A stretch of DNA of 64,000 nucleotides from Planctomycetaceae bacterium (GTDB taxonomy: Bacteria > Planctomycetota > Planctomycetia > Planctomycetales > Planctomycetaceae). The notes under the pieces were generated by a model, which saw nothing but the letters and a program-made list of their open reading frames with translations, was not told the DNA's origin and searched no databases. Position 1 is the first letter of the stretch. Every line of letters starts with the position of its first letter. Of the stretch, positions 19,122 to 28,427 are shown one piece after another. Made by a program: the position numbers and the translations under genes. The DNA lies in the NCBI GenBank assembly GCA_044235005.1, contig JBIIIF010000003.1:5792-69791 (forward strand). Reading direction: 5' to 3'.

Positions 19122-19994
19122 TCAGCAGAATTCTGATGTTTGCGACATCTCAGCAAAGAGTCTCGCACGAAGTTCGTTGGCTGTGATTCCGCGTTCTCGC
19201 AGGGATCGCAGGCTTTCCGCATCGTCCCGTTTGGCCAGGCGTTTGCCGTTGTGATCGCAGATGAGTTGATGATGATGGTATTCGGGAGTCGGCAGGCCCA
19301 GCAGTGACTGCAGAACTCTTTGGATATGAGTCGCACTGAAGAGATCCATTCCGCGTGTCACAAGAGTCACACCCTGAAGTGCATCGTCGTGAACGACTGC
19401 CAGATGATAGCTCGATCCAATATCCTTTCGGATTAGAACGATATCCCCGAAGATTTCCGGTCGGGCCGTTTGCCAGCCTTTTGTGAGATCTCTCCATTTC
19501 AGTTCAGAGCCTGTGATCCGTACGGCCTTTTCGAGATTCAGTCTGAGTGCAAATGGCTGTCCTGCGGCGATGCGGTCATCACGTTCTGAGGGAGAGAGGT
19601 GTTTACAAGTTCCTGGATAAATGGGGCCATCGGGGCCATGTGGCGCGGCGGCGGCGGCGTTGATTTCCTGCTGGATGTCTTTGCGCGTGCAGAAGCAGGG
19701 GTAGAGCAGATCCTGTTGTTGCAGGGAATCAGCCGCCGCAGCGAAATCTGATAAGTGAACGGACTGCCGGCGGACTGGCAGTTTCCAGGTGATTTCCAGC
19801 CAAGTGAGATCCTCCTGAAGTGCCGTCTCGAATTCTGGTCGACATCGGGTGAAGTCGAGGTCTTCGATTCGGAGGATAAGCTGTCCTTTCGATCTCCGGG
19901 CGGATTCGTAGGCGAATAAGGCTGAGAATGCGTGGCCGGTGTGGAGCAGGCCTGTCGGACTGGGGGCGAATCTGGTTACAACGGGTACGATCAT
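19122..19994 (-). CDS. gluQ: tRNA glutamyl-Q(34) synthetase
   Basis: 290 aa truncated GluRS catalytic core. RFAPSPTGLLHTGH (HIGH), LRIEDLD, Zn-site cysteines (PCFCTRKD ... YPGTCKH), and no anticodon-binding domain. Confidence 0.92.
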   Translation of the reverse strand: MIVPVVTRFAPSPTGLLHTGHAFSALFAYESARRSKGQLILRIEDLDFTRCRPEFETALQEDLTWLEITWKLPVRRQSVHLSDFAAAADSLQQQDLLYPCFCTRKDIQQEINAAAAAPHGPDGPIYPGTCKHLSPSERDDRIAAGQPFALRLNLEKAVRITGSELKWRDLTKGWQTARPEIFGDIVLIRKDIGSSYHLAVVHDDALQGVTLVTRGMDLFSATHIQRVLQSLLGLPTPEYHHHQLICDHNGKRLAKRDDAESLRSLRERGITANELRARLFAEMSQTSEFC

Positions 19995-20158
19995 GATTTT
20001 TTGCTGGCGACGGGATTGCCCGGGTCATCAAGGAGAGATTGGGCAAGAAATCTCCCGGGACGGGCAGGGCATTAAGGGTAGGCAGGGGCCAGGGGGCGAA
20101 TCTCTCAGTTGTTCGAGGTCGAAGAGTATTCTTTACGCGGGCGGGTTAAGGTCGTTAT

Positions 20159-20220
20159 CTGAGTGATAGAACCCGCGAACACTCGGCCTCAATTTTTGCT
20201 GCCAGAAGAATAGCGGCACT
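20159..20220 (+). repeat. dispersed intergenic repeat, copy B (gluQ/carA divergent region)
   Basis: ctgagtgatagaacccgcgaacactcggcctcaatttttgctgccagaagaatagcggcact. 46/62 identical to copy A by hand alignment. Confidence 0.75.
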
Positions 20221-20351
20221 ACGAAATTTGCGAAACTCAGGGTCCGGTCGGTCGACTGCTTTATGCTCCCGTCATCCCTTGGTAGATTTCACAAACAAAC
20301 GTGTTTTTCAACTGCGGTCATTCTACGCGCGGACCCTGGGAGAATTTTGGC

Positions 20352-21491
20352 ATGGCAAGTCGTCCGGCAAAGCTGGTACTCGCGAACGGGAAAATCTATA
20401 CCGGAACCGCCTTTGGTGCAGACGGCGAAGTGCACGGGGAAGTTGTGTTCAATACGAGCATGACCGGGTATCAGGAGATTTTGACGGATCCTTCTTACAA
20501 CGGTCAGATCGTCACGATGACCTATCCGTTGATTGGAAACTACGGAGTCAATCAGGAGGACGTTGAAAGTAAGGGCTTGTTCCTGAAGGGTTTCATCGTC
20601 AAAGAGTTGTGTGAGATCCCCAGCAACTATCGATCATCGGAATCCCTGGACAGTTATCTGAAGCGGAACGGCATCGTCGGCATTCAGGGGATTGACACGC
20701 GTTCGTTGGTTCGTCAGATTCGAACTCAGGGCGCCATGAAGGGGGTTTTGTCCACTGTTGATCTGGATGAAGCTTCTTTGTTAAAGAAAGTTCAGGAGGC
20801 ACCCGGCCTGGTAGGGCGCGACCTGGTTCAGGAAGTGATGCCACAGGAGTCATGTGGGTGGGACGTTCCGCTTACTGAACTGGGCAGGCCTTCGGATTAT
20901 GTTTCTGGTGCTGAACGAACGGACGGTCCGCACGTCGTTGCAATCGATTACGGGATGAAGTGGAATATTGCTCGTTATCTTCGCGACGTGGGATGTCGAG
21001 TGACCGTGGTGCCGGGGACGGCAACGACCGAGCAGGTTCTGGCTCTTAATCCGGATGGAGTGTTTTTGTCGAATGGTCCTGGAGATCCGGAGCCATTGAC
21101 TTACGCAATTGAGACCATTCAGGGCCTGCTGGGTAAGAAGCCTGTGTTTGGGATTTGTCTTGGGCTGCAATTGTTGGGGCTGGCCTTTGGAGGCAAAACG
21201 TACAAACTTCGGTTTGGGCATCGCGGAGCGAATCAGCCGGTCTTGAACCGCCGATCCGGAAAAGTAGAAATTACATCACAGAATCATGGCTTTGCAGTCG
21301 ATGCAGCCACTCTGCCGGATGATGTTGAAGTGACACATATCAATCTCAATGACCAGACGGTTGAGGGGATTCGGCACAAAGTTTATCCCGCTTTTGGTGT
21401 CCAGTATCATCCAGAGGCGGCCGCCGGGCCTCACGACAGTCATTATCTGTTCACTGAGTTTCTGGAGATGATGCAGGGCACTCCTGTCTGA
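20352..21491 (+). CDS. carA: carbamoyl-phosphate synthase small (glutaminase) subunit
   Basis: The ORF opens at 20301, but ATG 20352 gives the canonical N-terminus MASRPAKLVLANGKIYTG. GATase triad motifs are GICLGLQLL, HGFAV and QYHPEA. Confidence 0.95.
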   Translation: MASRPAKLVLANGKIYTGTAFGADGEVHGEVVFNTSMTGYQEILTDPSYNGQIVTMTYPLIGNYGVNQEDVESKGLFLKGFIVKELCEIPSNYRSSESLDSYLKRNGIVGIQGIDTRSLVRQIRTQGAMKGVLSTVDLDEASLLKKVQEAPGLVGRDLVQEVMPQESCGWDVPLTELGRPSDYVSGAERTDGPHVVAIDYGMKWNIARYLRDVGCRVTVVPGTATTEQVLALNPDGVFLSNGPGDPEPLTYAIETIQGLLGKKPVFGICLGLQLLGLAFGGKTYKLRFGHRGANQPVLNRRSGKVEITSQNHGFAVDAATLPDDVEVTHINLNDQTVEGIRHKVYPAFGVQYHPEAAAGPHDSHYLFTEFLEMMQGTPV

Positions 21492-21590
21492 TTTTTCGAA
21501 TCGTGCCACTGTTGCTGATAGCTCCGGCTCAAGATCAGCACGGGGCAGGCAAATTGTTAACCCACTTATTTGATCCTAAAGGTTTCTGAA

Positions 21591-22058
21591 ATGGCACTCG
21601 AGCGAACTCTGATACTTGTCAAGCCGGATGGTGTGCAGCGACGTCTGATCGGACGAATTGTTTCGCGAATTGAAGACAAGGGTCTGAGCATCATTGGCAT
21701 GAAAATGTTGCAGGTCACTCCGGAACTTAGCAAGCAGCACTACGCTGAACATGTCGCCAAGCCGTTTTACAAGGATCTGGAAGCCTTTATCACATCGGGC
21801 CCGGTTGTTGCTATGGTTGTTGAGGGGCCAGAAGCCATCACGGTCATGAGAACGCTGATGGGCAAGACGAATGCCCGTGAATCAGCTCCGGGGACGATTC
21901 GTGGTGATCTGGGGACGAGTCGCCAGATGAATCTGATCCATGGCAGCGATGGTCCGGATGCCGCGGGCCGAGAGATCGCGACCTACTTTCGACCAGAAGA
22001 GATCGTGTCAGCTCCAAATGCTTTGACGGCACATTTGTGGGCCAAGGAAGAGGAATAA
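21591..22058 (+). CDS. ndk: nucleoside-diphosphate kinase
   Basis: ATG 21591 gives MALERTLILVKPDG. The active-site histidine lies in NLIHGSD. The ORF track starts 21 nt upstream. Confidence 0.96.
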   Translation: MALERTLILVKPDGVQRRLIGRIVSRIEDKGLSIIGMKMLQVTPELSKQHYAEHVAKPFYKDLEAFITSGPVVAMVVEGPEAITVMRTLMGKTNARESAPGTIRGDLGTSRQMNLIHGSDGPDAAGREIATYFRPEEIVSAPNALTAHLWAKEEE

Positions 22059-22139
22059 TCGACAGATTGTGGTGCTGGCCTCCATGCCTTGTCGGCGTGA
22101 TGTTAGCTCGGTTCCGTCCGCAGATGTTGCGATCCATGA

Positions 22140-22169
22140 GCCTGCCCTGATCCGGGGCGGGCTTTTTTT
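22140..22169 (+). terminator. intrinsic terminator after ndk
   Basis: gcctgccc tgatcc ggggcgggc followed by TTTTTTT. Confidence 0.7.
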
Positions 22170-22424
22170 ACGCCCGGTGATCTGTGTTCAGTCGGGCACG
22201 ATGCAGAAAGTCATCAGATTTGTGTGTTTCGGTCAGGAATGATGCCGCAGGGCAACACGTCGTTGAGTTCTGAATGATCGGCATGCTGTTGATATCCGTC
22301 ATGTTCGTACGGATGGAGGGATTTCTCTGATTGTCACGGCCGGAACTTGGCATGGTGTGGCAGATTTCGACCTACAGATCACATGGTGGTTTCTGTTTTC
22401 CTGGGTCTTGTCAGAGTTTTTCCC

Positions 22425-22871
22425 GTGAAAAAGATCAATACAACTCTGCAAAGCGAAGTTTCCTCTCAACGCGTAAGTACGCGTAGTGGCCGGAGGCGAA
22501 GCGGCGCTGCGGTTCTCGAAATGGCGATTTCTCTGCCACTGTTGATAACGCTCGTTTTTGGTGCCATGGAAATGGCTAATGCTGTTTTTTTGCGGCAGTC
22601 CATGAACATGGCAGCATATGAAGCTGCCAAGGTTATTACTCGTCCGGGAACGAACGAGGCGTTGGCTCGAACCCGATGTCAGGAGATCATGACCGTTCGT
22701 AAGGTCAGTACATATACACTGACGTTCTCTCCAACGGTGACGACCGCAACGCCGCGAGGAACTCAGGTGACAGTAACTTTGTCTGCGCCCGCGTCGAATC
22801 TGTCTTATGGTCCTATGCAGTTCATGACCGGAAGAACTCTTACCACAACGGTGGTGATGGTTCGGCTGTAG
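22425..22871 (+). CDS. TadE-like Flp-pilus minor pilin/pseudopilin
   Basis: TadE-type N-terminus GAAVLEMAISLPLLITLVFGAMEMANAV. GTG 22425 gives a 148-aa protein of typical size. The ORF is open from 22347. Confidence 0.75.
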   Translation: MKKINTTLQSEVSSQRVSTRSGRRRSGAAVLEMAISLPLLITLVFGAMEMANAVFLRQSMNMAAYEAAKVITRPGTNEALARTRCQEIMTVRKVSTYTLTFSPTVTTATPRGTQVTVTLSAPASNLSYGPMQFMTGRTLTTTVVMVRL

Positions 22872-22939
22872 CGCAAGTTTGAAGTTCGCGGCGGCTGCGT
22901 GAGTCCGTCGAATGTGAGCTGTGATGAAAGGGTTGGGGT

Positions 22940-24160
22940 ATGAAACAATTGCTTCGATTGCAGTGTCGCACTGATCATCAGCGCACTGGGGCGGCCCATG
23001 TACTGATTGCCGCGATGTTATTCACCTTTGTGCTGGTGGCGGCCATGACCGTCGACTTTGCCTACATGCAGCTCATTCGAACAGAGTTGCGTACCGCTAC
23101 GGATGCCGCTGCAAAGGCCGGTGCCGAAGCGCTGGCCAGAACACAGGATGGAAATTCAGCGAGGGCTGCGGCTGTTCAGTACGCCGGGCTCAACAAAGTT
23201 GGCGGTCGCACTTATGCGATCAGTACAAGTGACGTGACGCTCGGCCGGGTGACCGGGCAGGCGAACGGAACGTGGACGTTCGCCGCGAATGCCACGCCAT
23301 TTAACTCTGTTCGAGTGAATGCGAAGATTGGTAACGGCGGAGTGACGCCAGCCATGAACATGTTCTTCGCCCCTTCACTGGGGCATGCCCCTTTTGCTAC
23401 ATCGGCTCAGGCAACTGCTGGCCAGCAGGAAGTGGAGGTTTGTTTGTGTATCGACCGCTCTGGTTCAATGATGTTTGACATGTCTGGTAACGACTGGTCG
23501 TATCCATCGCCAAATCCTCTGTTGTATTCATCGGGTTACTATCCTAATTCCATGTACCGCAATTACTGTTCGCCACCGCAGACAACAGCGAGCCGGTGGG
23601 CTGTGATGCGAAGTGCGGTCAATATTTTCCTCGACGAAGCAGGTCAATTCCAGTATCCACCCCGCACTGCACTGGTAACGTGGAGCAGTGCAATGTCATT
23701 GCCATACCATCCGTACACGAATTACACGCTGGTTGATACAGACTACAATCTGCCGGCAGCCGGTTCTTTCGTCTGGTCAACGAATCGAACGGCTATCGAG
23801 AACGTTATTGCGACTCGTTCCAACAGTGCGATTGGTGGAGGCACGACTCTTTCGGCTGGCCTTGATCGGGCTGTGTCCGTGCTGACGGGGGCGAATGGTC
23901 GTGCTCTTTCCAACAAGGTCATCATTCTGTTAACTGACGGTCAGTGGAATGCTGGGCGAGATCCGGTGCTTGCGGCACAGGACGCGGCTGCAGCCGGGAT
24001 TACGGTTCACTGTGTCAGTATGCTGACATCGACCCAGGCGACTTTGACACAGGTGGCAGCGATCACTGGAGGTCAGTATTACGCGACACAGAATGCTGCT
24101 CAATTGCAGCAGGCGTTTCGTGATCTGGCGAAACAGCTTCCAATCGTGTTGACTGACTGA
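22940..24160 (+). CDS. TadG-like pilus-associated protein with C-terminal von Willebrand A domain
   Basis: 406 aa. N-terminal TadG-like hydrophobic segment (GAAHVLIAAMLFTFVLVAAMTVDFAYMQL) and a vWA MIDAS motif (CLCIDRSGSM ... LLTDGQWN). Confidence 0.85.
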   Translation: MKQLLRLQCRTDHQRTGAAHVLIAAMLFTFVLVAAMTVDFAYMQLIRTELRTATDAAAKAGAEALARTQDGNSARAAAVQYAGLNKVGGRTYAISTSDVTLGRVTGQANGTWTFAANATPFNSVRVNAKIGNGGVTPAMNMFFAPSLGHAPFATSAQATAGQQEVEVCLCIDRSGSMMFDMSGNDWSYPSPNPLLYSSGYYPNSMYRNYCSPPQTTASRWAVMRSAVNIFLDEAGQFQYPPRTALVTWSSAMSLPYHPYTNYTLVDTDYNLPAAGSFVWSTNRTAIENVIATRSNSAIGGGTTLSAGLDRAVSVLTGANGRALSNKVIILLTDGQWNAGRDPVLAAQDAAAAGITVHCVSMLTSTQATLTQVAAITGGQYYATQNAAQLQQAFRDLAKQLPIVLTD

Positions 24161-24169
24161 TTTCGCGAA

Positions 24170-24598
24170 TTGATTACTCAAGAGATGAACATGATGAACG
24201 TTAGAAACAAGACTCGGTTTTCTCCTCGCGTGGGCACTAGTCGCAGGGGAGCGCTTACTGTTGAATTTGCGATCGCAGCACCTCTGATCTTCCTGCTGTT
24301 CCTGGGAGGATTGGAGTTGACGGCTCTGAATTTTGCTCGTCAGACGGCAGGAAATGCCTCCTATGAGGCGGCTCGCAGGCTGATCATTCCCGGGGGAACG
24401 GTCGCTCAGGCCCAGGCGGAAGGATTACGCCAGATGAACATGGTTGGTCTGGGAACGGGTGCGAGTTGCACTGTCGTTAATGCCGCGACGACAGCGACTG
24501 CGACAGTGTCAGTCCCCGCCACCAACGTTTCATGGGGCTTAATGCGGTTTTGTGCTGGTTACAACATCACGCAGAAATGCACCCTCACTAAGGAATGA
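24170..24598 (+). CDS. TadE-like Flp-pilus minor pilin/pseudopilin
   Basis: 142 aa. RRGALTVEFAIAAPLIFLLFLGGLELTALNF. Start is TTG 24170 or ATG 24185. Confidence 0.8.
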   Translation: MITQEMNMMNVRNKTRFSPRVGTSRRGALTVEFAIAAPLIFLLFLGGLELTALNFARQTAGNASYEAARRLIIPGGTVAQAQAEGLRQMNMVGLGTGASCTVVNAATTATATVSVPATNVSWGLMRFCAGYNITQKCTLTKE

Positions 24599-24631
24599 CC
24601 TTTTTGTGAGTATTCGAGGATTGAACGACGA

Positions 24632-24702
24632 GGCCAGCCGGAATTTGTCTGACAGCAATCAGACAGATTCAGGCTGGCCATTCCTGTTTAGGGCCTTTTT
24701 TT
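24632..24702 (+). terminator. long imperfect hairpin plus T-run after the tad minor-pilin genes
   Basis: ggccagcc gga atttgtctga cagcaa tcagacagat tca ggctggcc (about 21 bp, imperfect), then gggccTTTTTTT at 24691-24702. Confidence 0.5.
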
Positions 24703-24953
24703 GGGACACTCTCGCCTGTCGATTCGGGCTGAAAGTCGGGAAAACGTTGACAACACAGGCGTGTGGCGACCAATAGTCCTGTTTATCGTGCTGACTCTCC
24801 GGATTGCGCTGCCGATTGGAAGATGTCAAAGTTACGGGTTTCTCTTTGTCGAAAGAACGGCAGCGATCGTGATTTGAATGAATTGCCAGGGATTGCTATT
24901 CTTCGCCCCTTCCGAAGTGGCATTCAAGTTCGAAGTCCGGAGATTATTGGCTC

Positions 24954-25043
24954 ATGGGTACGAAGAAGACGGGCAAAGGTCGACGAAAAATTGGTCGCAA
25001 GAAGCGCCGTATGCGCGCCAAAATTCGACACCGCAAGGGCTAG
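24954..25043 (+). CDS. 29-aa highly basic peptide, probable bS22-like (AURKAIP1/COX24-type) small ribosomal protein
   Basis: ATG 24954 has GGAG 13 nt upstream. Translation is MGTKKTGKGRRKIGRKKRRMRAKIRHRKG* (18 of 29 residues K/R), with TAG at 25041-25043. A clean intrinsic terminator starts 16 nt later. It is too short for the supplied ORF track. Confidence 0.55.
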   Translation: MGTKKTGKGRRKIGRKKRRMRAKIRHRKG

Positions 25044-25058
25044 TCTTTGGCGGTCGCC

Positions 25059-25091
25059 CCGTTTTCGGCATGTTGCAGAAAACGGTTTTTC
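25059..25091 (+). terminator. intrinsic terminator after the 29-codon ORF
   Basis: Perfect 8-bp stem ccgttttc/gaaaacgg with an 11-nt loop, followed by TTTTTCT. Confidence 0.7.
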
Positions 25092-25504
25092 TGTGGCAAA
25101 TGGTCGCTGTAGCCGGAAGTAAAAACTCCGCGTTTTTTCGTTGCGCCAGTGTGTAGTTTTACTCCTGTGGTGCTTCCCGTGTTTATTGAGAGCGATGCTC
25201 CGCGGGGTCGAAGAAGGCAGCTCCGTGGCCTGATGCCGCAGGTTGCATCTTCACATTATCGTGTCGTGCAAATCTCTCTGATTGGATGTGCCGTTTGCGT
25301 TTGAACGCGACTGCTCAAACTGCGTCTCATTCGTGGTTTTAGAGGCAGTGCAACGCGTGAATACAGCGACATCGCCGTTTCAATCATTTGGATGGCGCGA
25401 AGCCGACGAGCTGATTGTTATCCAACAGGCACACGTCAATCATTGATCACCTCGCAGCTCAACTGGGCTGCAAGGCATGGTCTGCGAACTGTGAGGGATC
25501 GGGC

Positions 25505-26023
25505 TCAGAGTTCCAGGCCGAACGTCAGTTTGCAGGGCAGGTTTACAGGTTCAGTCCTGCTGAAGTATGACACGCGAGCATTCAACGTTTTCGCGTCTGT
25601 TGCGATTTGCCATGACTTCGAATAAGTCATGTTCTCTCCGAATCCAAAGCTTCCAGAACCGCTCTCACTACTCTCGATGATCTCGCCTTTGTCATCCAGA
25701 AATTCGACTTTCTGAATCGTATCGAGTGGTTTCGACCCACTGAGTCCGAATGACTGCTTGAACGGGTCCCCGAATGCTGGGGCAATTTGACCTACGCTCA
25801 GTTCGACTGGGCCGATCTTCACTTTGATGCCCTCTGCCAATTTCAGATTCACATCGACGGTTTTCAAGTCGGCTCCTGCGATGAGAACAAAAGTACCGTC
25901 GATCCGGAGGCTGTTCGTCGACCTCGCTGGGAGCTCAGCGCTGCGAAGAGTAATTGTGCCTTCTGACGGTTTGTCATTAACCGTCATTCGAAAATCTCTG
26001 TCGAAGAATTCCTCCAGTGGCAA
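25505..26023 (-). CDS. hypothetical protein
   Basis: 172-aa ORF (TTG 26023, or ATG 25987 giving MTVNDKPSEG...). An in-frame TGA lies just upstream, so it cannot be extended. No signal peptide or recognisable motif. The coding call rests on length and composition only. Confidence 0.45.
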   Translation of the reverse strand: MPLEEFFDRDFRMTVNDKPSEGTITLRSAELPARSTNSLRIDGTFVLIAGADLKTVDVNLKLAEGIKVKIGPVELSVGQIAPAFGDPFKQSFGLSGSKPLDTIQKVEFLDDKGEIIESSESGSGSFGFGENMTYSKSWQIATDAKTLNARVSYFSRTEPVNLPCKLTFGLEL

Positions 26024-26269
26024 CTCATCTTCATTTGTCGTCAGAGTTGTCCTGCTGTTATGGCCACCGTTCCCGCACCTTCCGGATCAGAATCGACTCT
26101 GGCGGTTCGGCATTAGCTGGAACGTCACAAAGCCGGAGATGCAGCGGCCTGGCAGGGGCTCCTTGATATCTCCATGCGTCGACTACGTTTAGTCACGTCG
26201 AATTTTGAGCGACATTCCGGCCGTTCGTAACGTTGAAGAGACAGACGACCTGTTCCAGAACTCGGTCGT

Positions 26270-28364
26270 GTGACTGTGGAATTATCTCTCCAGCCATCAG
26301 CCGGAAACGAAGAAAATCGTGCAGCAGGAATCCCTGTTTCTCCGGAAGATCTCTGCGCGGAAACTCCGGAACTGTTGCAGGAGTTGAAATGGACTATCCG
26401 TGCTCTGGAGGCTGTTGAATCGCGGTTTGGCGTGATCTCAACTCAGCAAGAGCAGCCGTCTACAGCCGAAGGTTCGTCCCTCGAGGTTGAGCGGTCCGAT
26501 ACGGTTCTTGTTTCCTCAGAGTACAGGATTGAGGAACTGCATGCCTCCGGAGGTCCTGGGAGCGTTTACGTCGCGATTGATCCTGTGCTGAATCGTAAAG
26601 TCGCGATTAAATTTCCTCGATGGAAAAATCTGACTTCTGAGCAGGCAGGCAGATTTGAACGGGAAGCGAGAGTCACCGGTCGGCTTGATCATCCAGGGAT
26701 AGTTCCCGTTCATGCACTCAAGTCTGATCGAACAAATCATCCTTGTTGCGTGATGCGTTTTGTTGATGGGAAAACGTTACAGGCGAGGATTCAATTTCTG
26801 CATTCTGCAGCCCCGAAGGCAAAGACAGCTTCTTTCTTTGAGTCGCACGAATTTCGACAGCTTCTACGGAACCTGGTAACTGTTTGCAATATCGTTGCCT
26901 ACGCTCACGAGCAGGGAGTGATTCATCGCGATATCAAACCGGCTAATATCATTCTGGAGCCATTCGGCGAAGTGCTGTTGCTGGACCGGGGATGGCAAAG
27001 GTCTTCAGCGAAACCTCGGACGATCCTGCAGCGGTCGCAGCAGAGGCCGCGAAAAACACTCAATTTGAAACACATGACGGACAGGTTCTTGGGACGCTGG
27101 CGTTTGCCAGCCCCGAACAACTGCTCGGGCACACAGACGACGTGACTGTTGTTTCAGATGTTTATGCCCCTGGTGCGACACTGTTTGCATTGCTGACAGG
27201 ATCTTATTCCATCGGTAAGAGTGCGTTTCACGAGCATCTGAATCGGCTGAAGCAGGGACAAAGGTTTTCGGCGCACGAAGTGAATCCTGCCATCCCTGTG
27301 GCACTGGAGGCAATCTGTTGCCGTGCGATGGAGATTCGTCCAGCAGATCGTTACGGCTCGCCCATTTTGCTGGCTGAGGACATCGAGCGATTTCTCGCAG
27401 GAGAGTCTGTCAGTGTCTGTCGTGATTCGACGTTCGTCAGGCGTGGACGCTGCATTCGTCGCCGGCCGGGACTGGCTGCTGCTTCGGCGACAGGAGTGCT
27501 GATCGCTTCATTAGCGGGAGCTGCGGGATCGGTCGTCCTGGGCCAGAAGAATCAGGAACTTCAGTCAAACAATGAGAAGCTTGAATTGGCGATGGAGGAT
27601 TCTCGATCCGCTAATGTTCGGACTCTCCAGGCTTTACGCACACTGGTTGACGATATCGTCGCGGAAAAGTTGGGAGATCAGACGGAGCTGACGGATTCTG
27701 ATCGTGAGTTTCTGCGGAAGATTCTGCAGCAGTACGAAACATTCGCCAGTATGAAAGGCGATTCGATCGAGAGTCGTGTGATACGCGCGGAAGGTCTGCA
27801 GCAGAGTGGCACAATTCTTCTGCAACTGGCCGCTTCGCTCCTTGACGTCAGTCTTTCCATGCAGAACTTTGGAGAACTGGCAGCAGCCGAGCAGGCCGCG
27901 AATAAGGGCCTTGCTGTGCCAGCACCTGTTCTCGGCAAAGGGGCAGGGGCGTCTGATTCTGTTGCCTGGGAGGCCTATGCGAACTCCAGCAACTGCTCGG
28001 TGGCATTCAGATTGCCGAAGGGCGAATGGAGGAGGCTCTTGCTTCTTTTGGACCGTCGAAGGATGTTTTCGAGAAACGACGAGCCTCCAATTCCGAATCG
28101 CACGAGACACAGGCCGGACTCGCGGAATCCTACAGGGCGATGAAGTGATGCGTGTCAGCAACTGGGTGATATTGCCGGACAGGAAGACTATTCGCATCAG
28201 GCTCTGGAACTGTATCTGTCTTCCTGAAGCCTTTTGTTCTGAAACGGATCAGAGCCTCGGCTGAGTATGGTGAGCTTTGCAAACATCGGGATTTGTCCGG
28301 ACTTGTTGATCAGCTTGATCCCGCGAAACTGCCCGTGGAAGCTCCAGCAGGACCAACCCAATGA
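26270..28364 (+). pseudogene. Ser/Thr protein kinase with TM segment and TPR-like C-terminus, disrupted by at least 4 frameshifts
   Basis: The kinase core (VAIKF, HRDIKPANIIL) runs in frame 2 to ...VLLLDRG. It continues in frame 1 as MAKVF...GTLAFASPEQ (ORFs 26270..27145 and 26992..28143 overlap). The C-terminal TPR-like text then hops frames near 27980, 28146 and 28225 before TGA 28362-28364. Confidence 0.75.
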
Positions 28365-28366
28365 AA

Positions 28367-28409
28367 AGACCCCGTTCAGGATTCTCTGAAACGGGGTCTG
28401 AGATTTTTC
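28367..28409. terminator. bidirectional intrinsic terminator between the kinase pseudogene and the convergent propeller gene
   Basis: agaccccgtt ... aacggggtct 10-bp stem, with T-runs on both strands (gagaTTTTT on +, tcTTTT on -). Confidence 0.7.
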
Positions 28410-28427
28410 AGTAAGGGTACCGACAAT

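Noticed and set aside
24763-25156. Two overlapping + strand ORFs (119 aa and 92 aa) in the post-tad intergenic region
   Set aside because: No RBS and an implausible composition. The third frame contains the 29-codon ORF with RBS and terminator, which explains the locus better.
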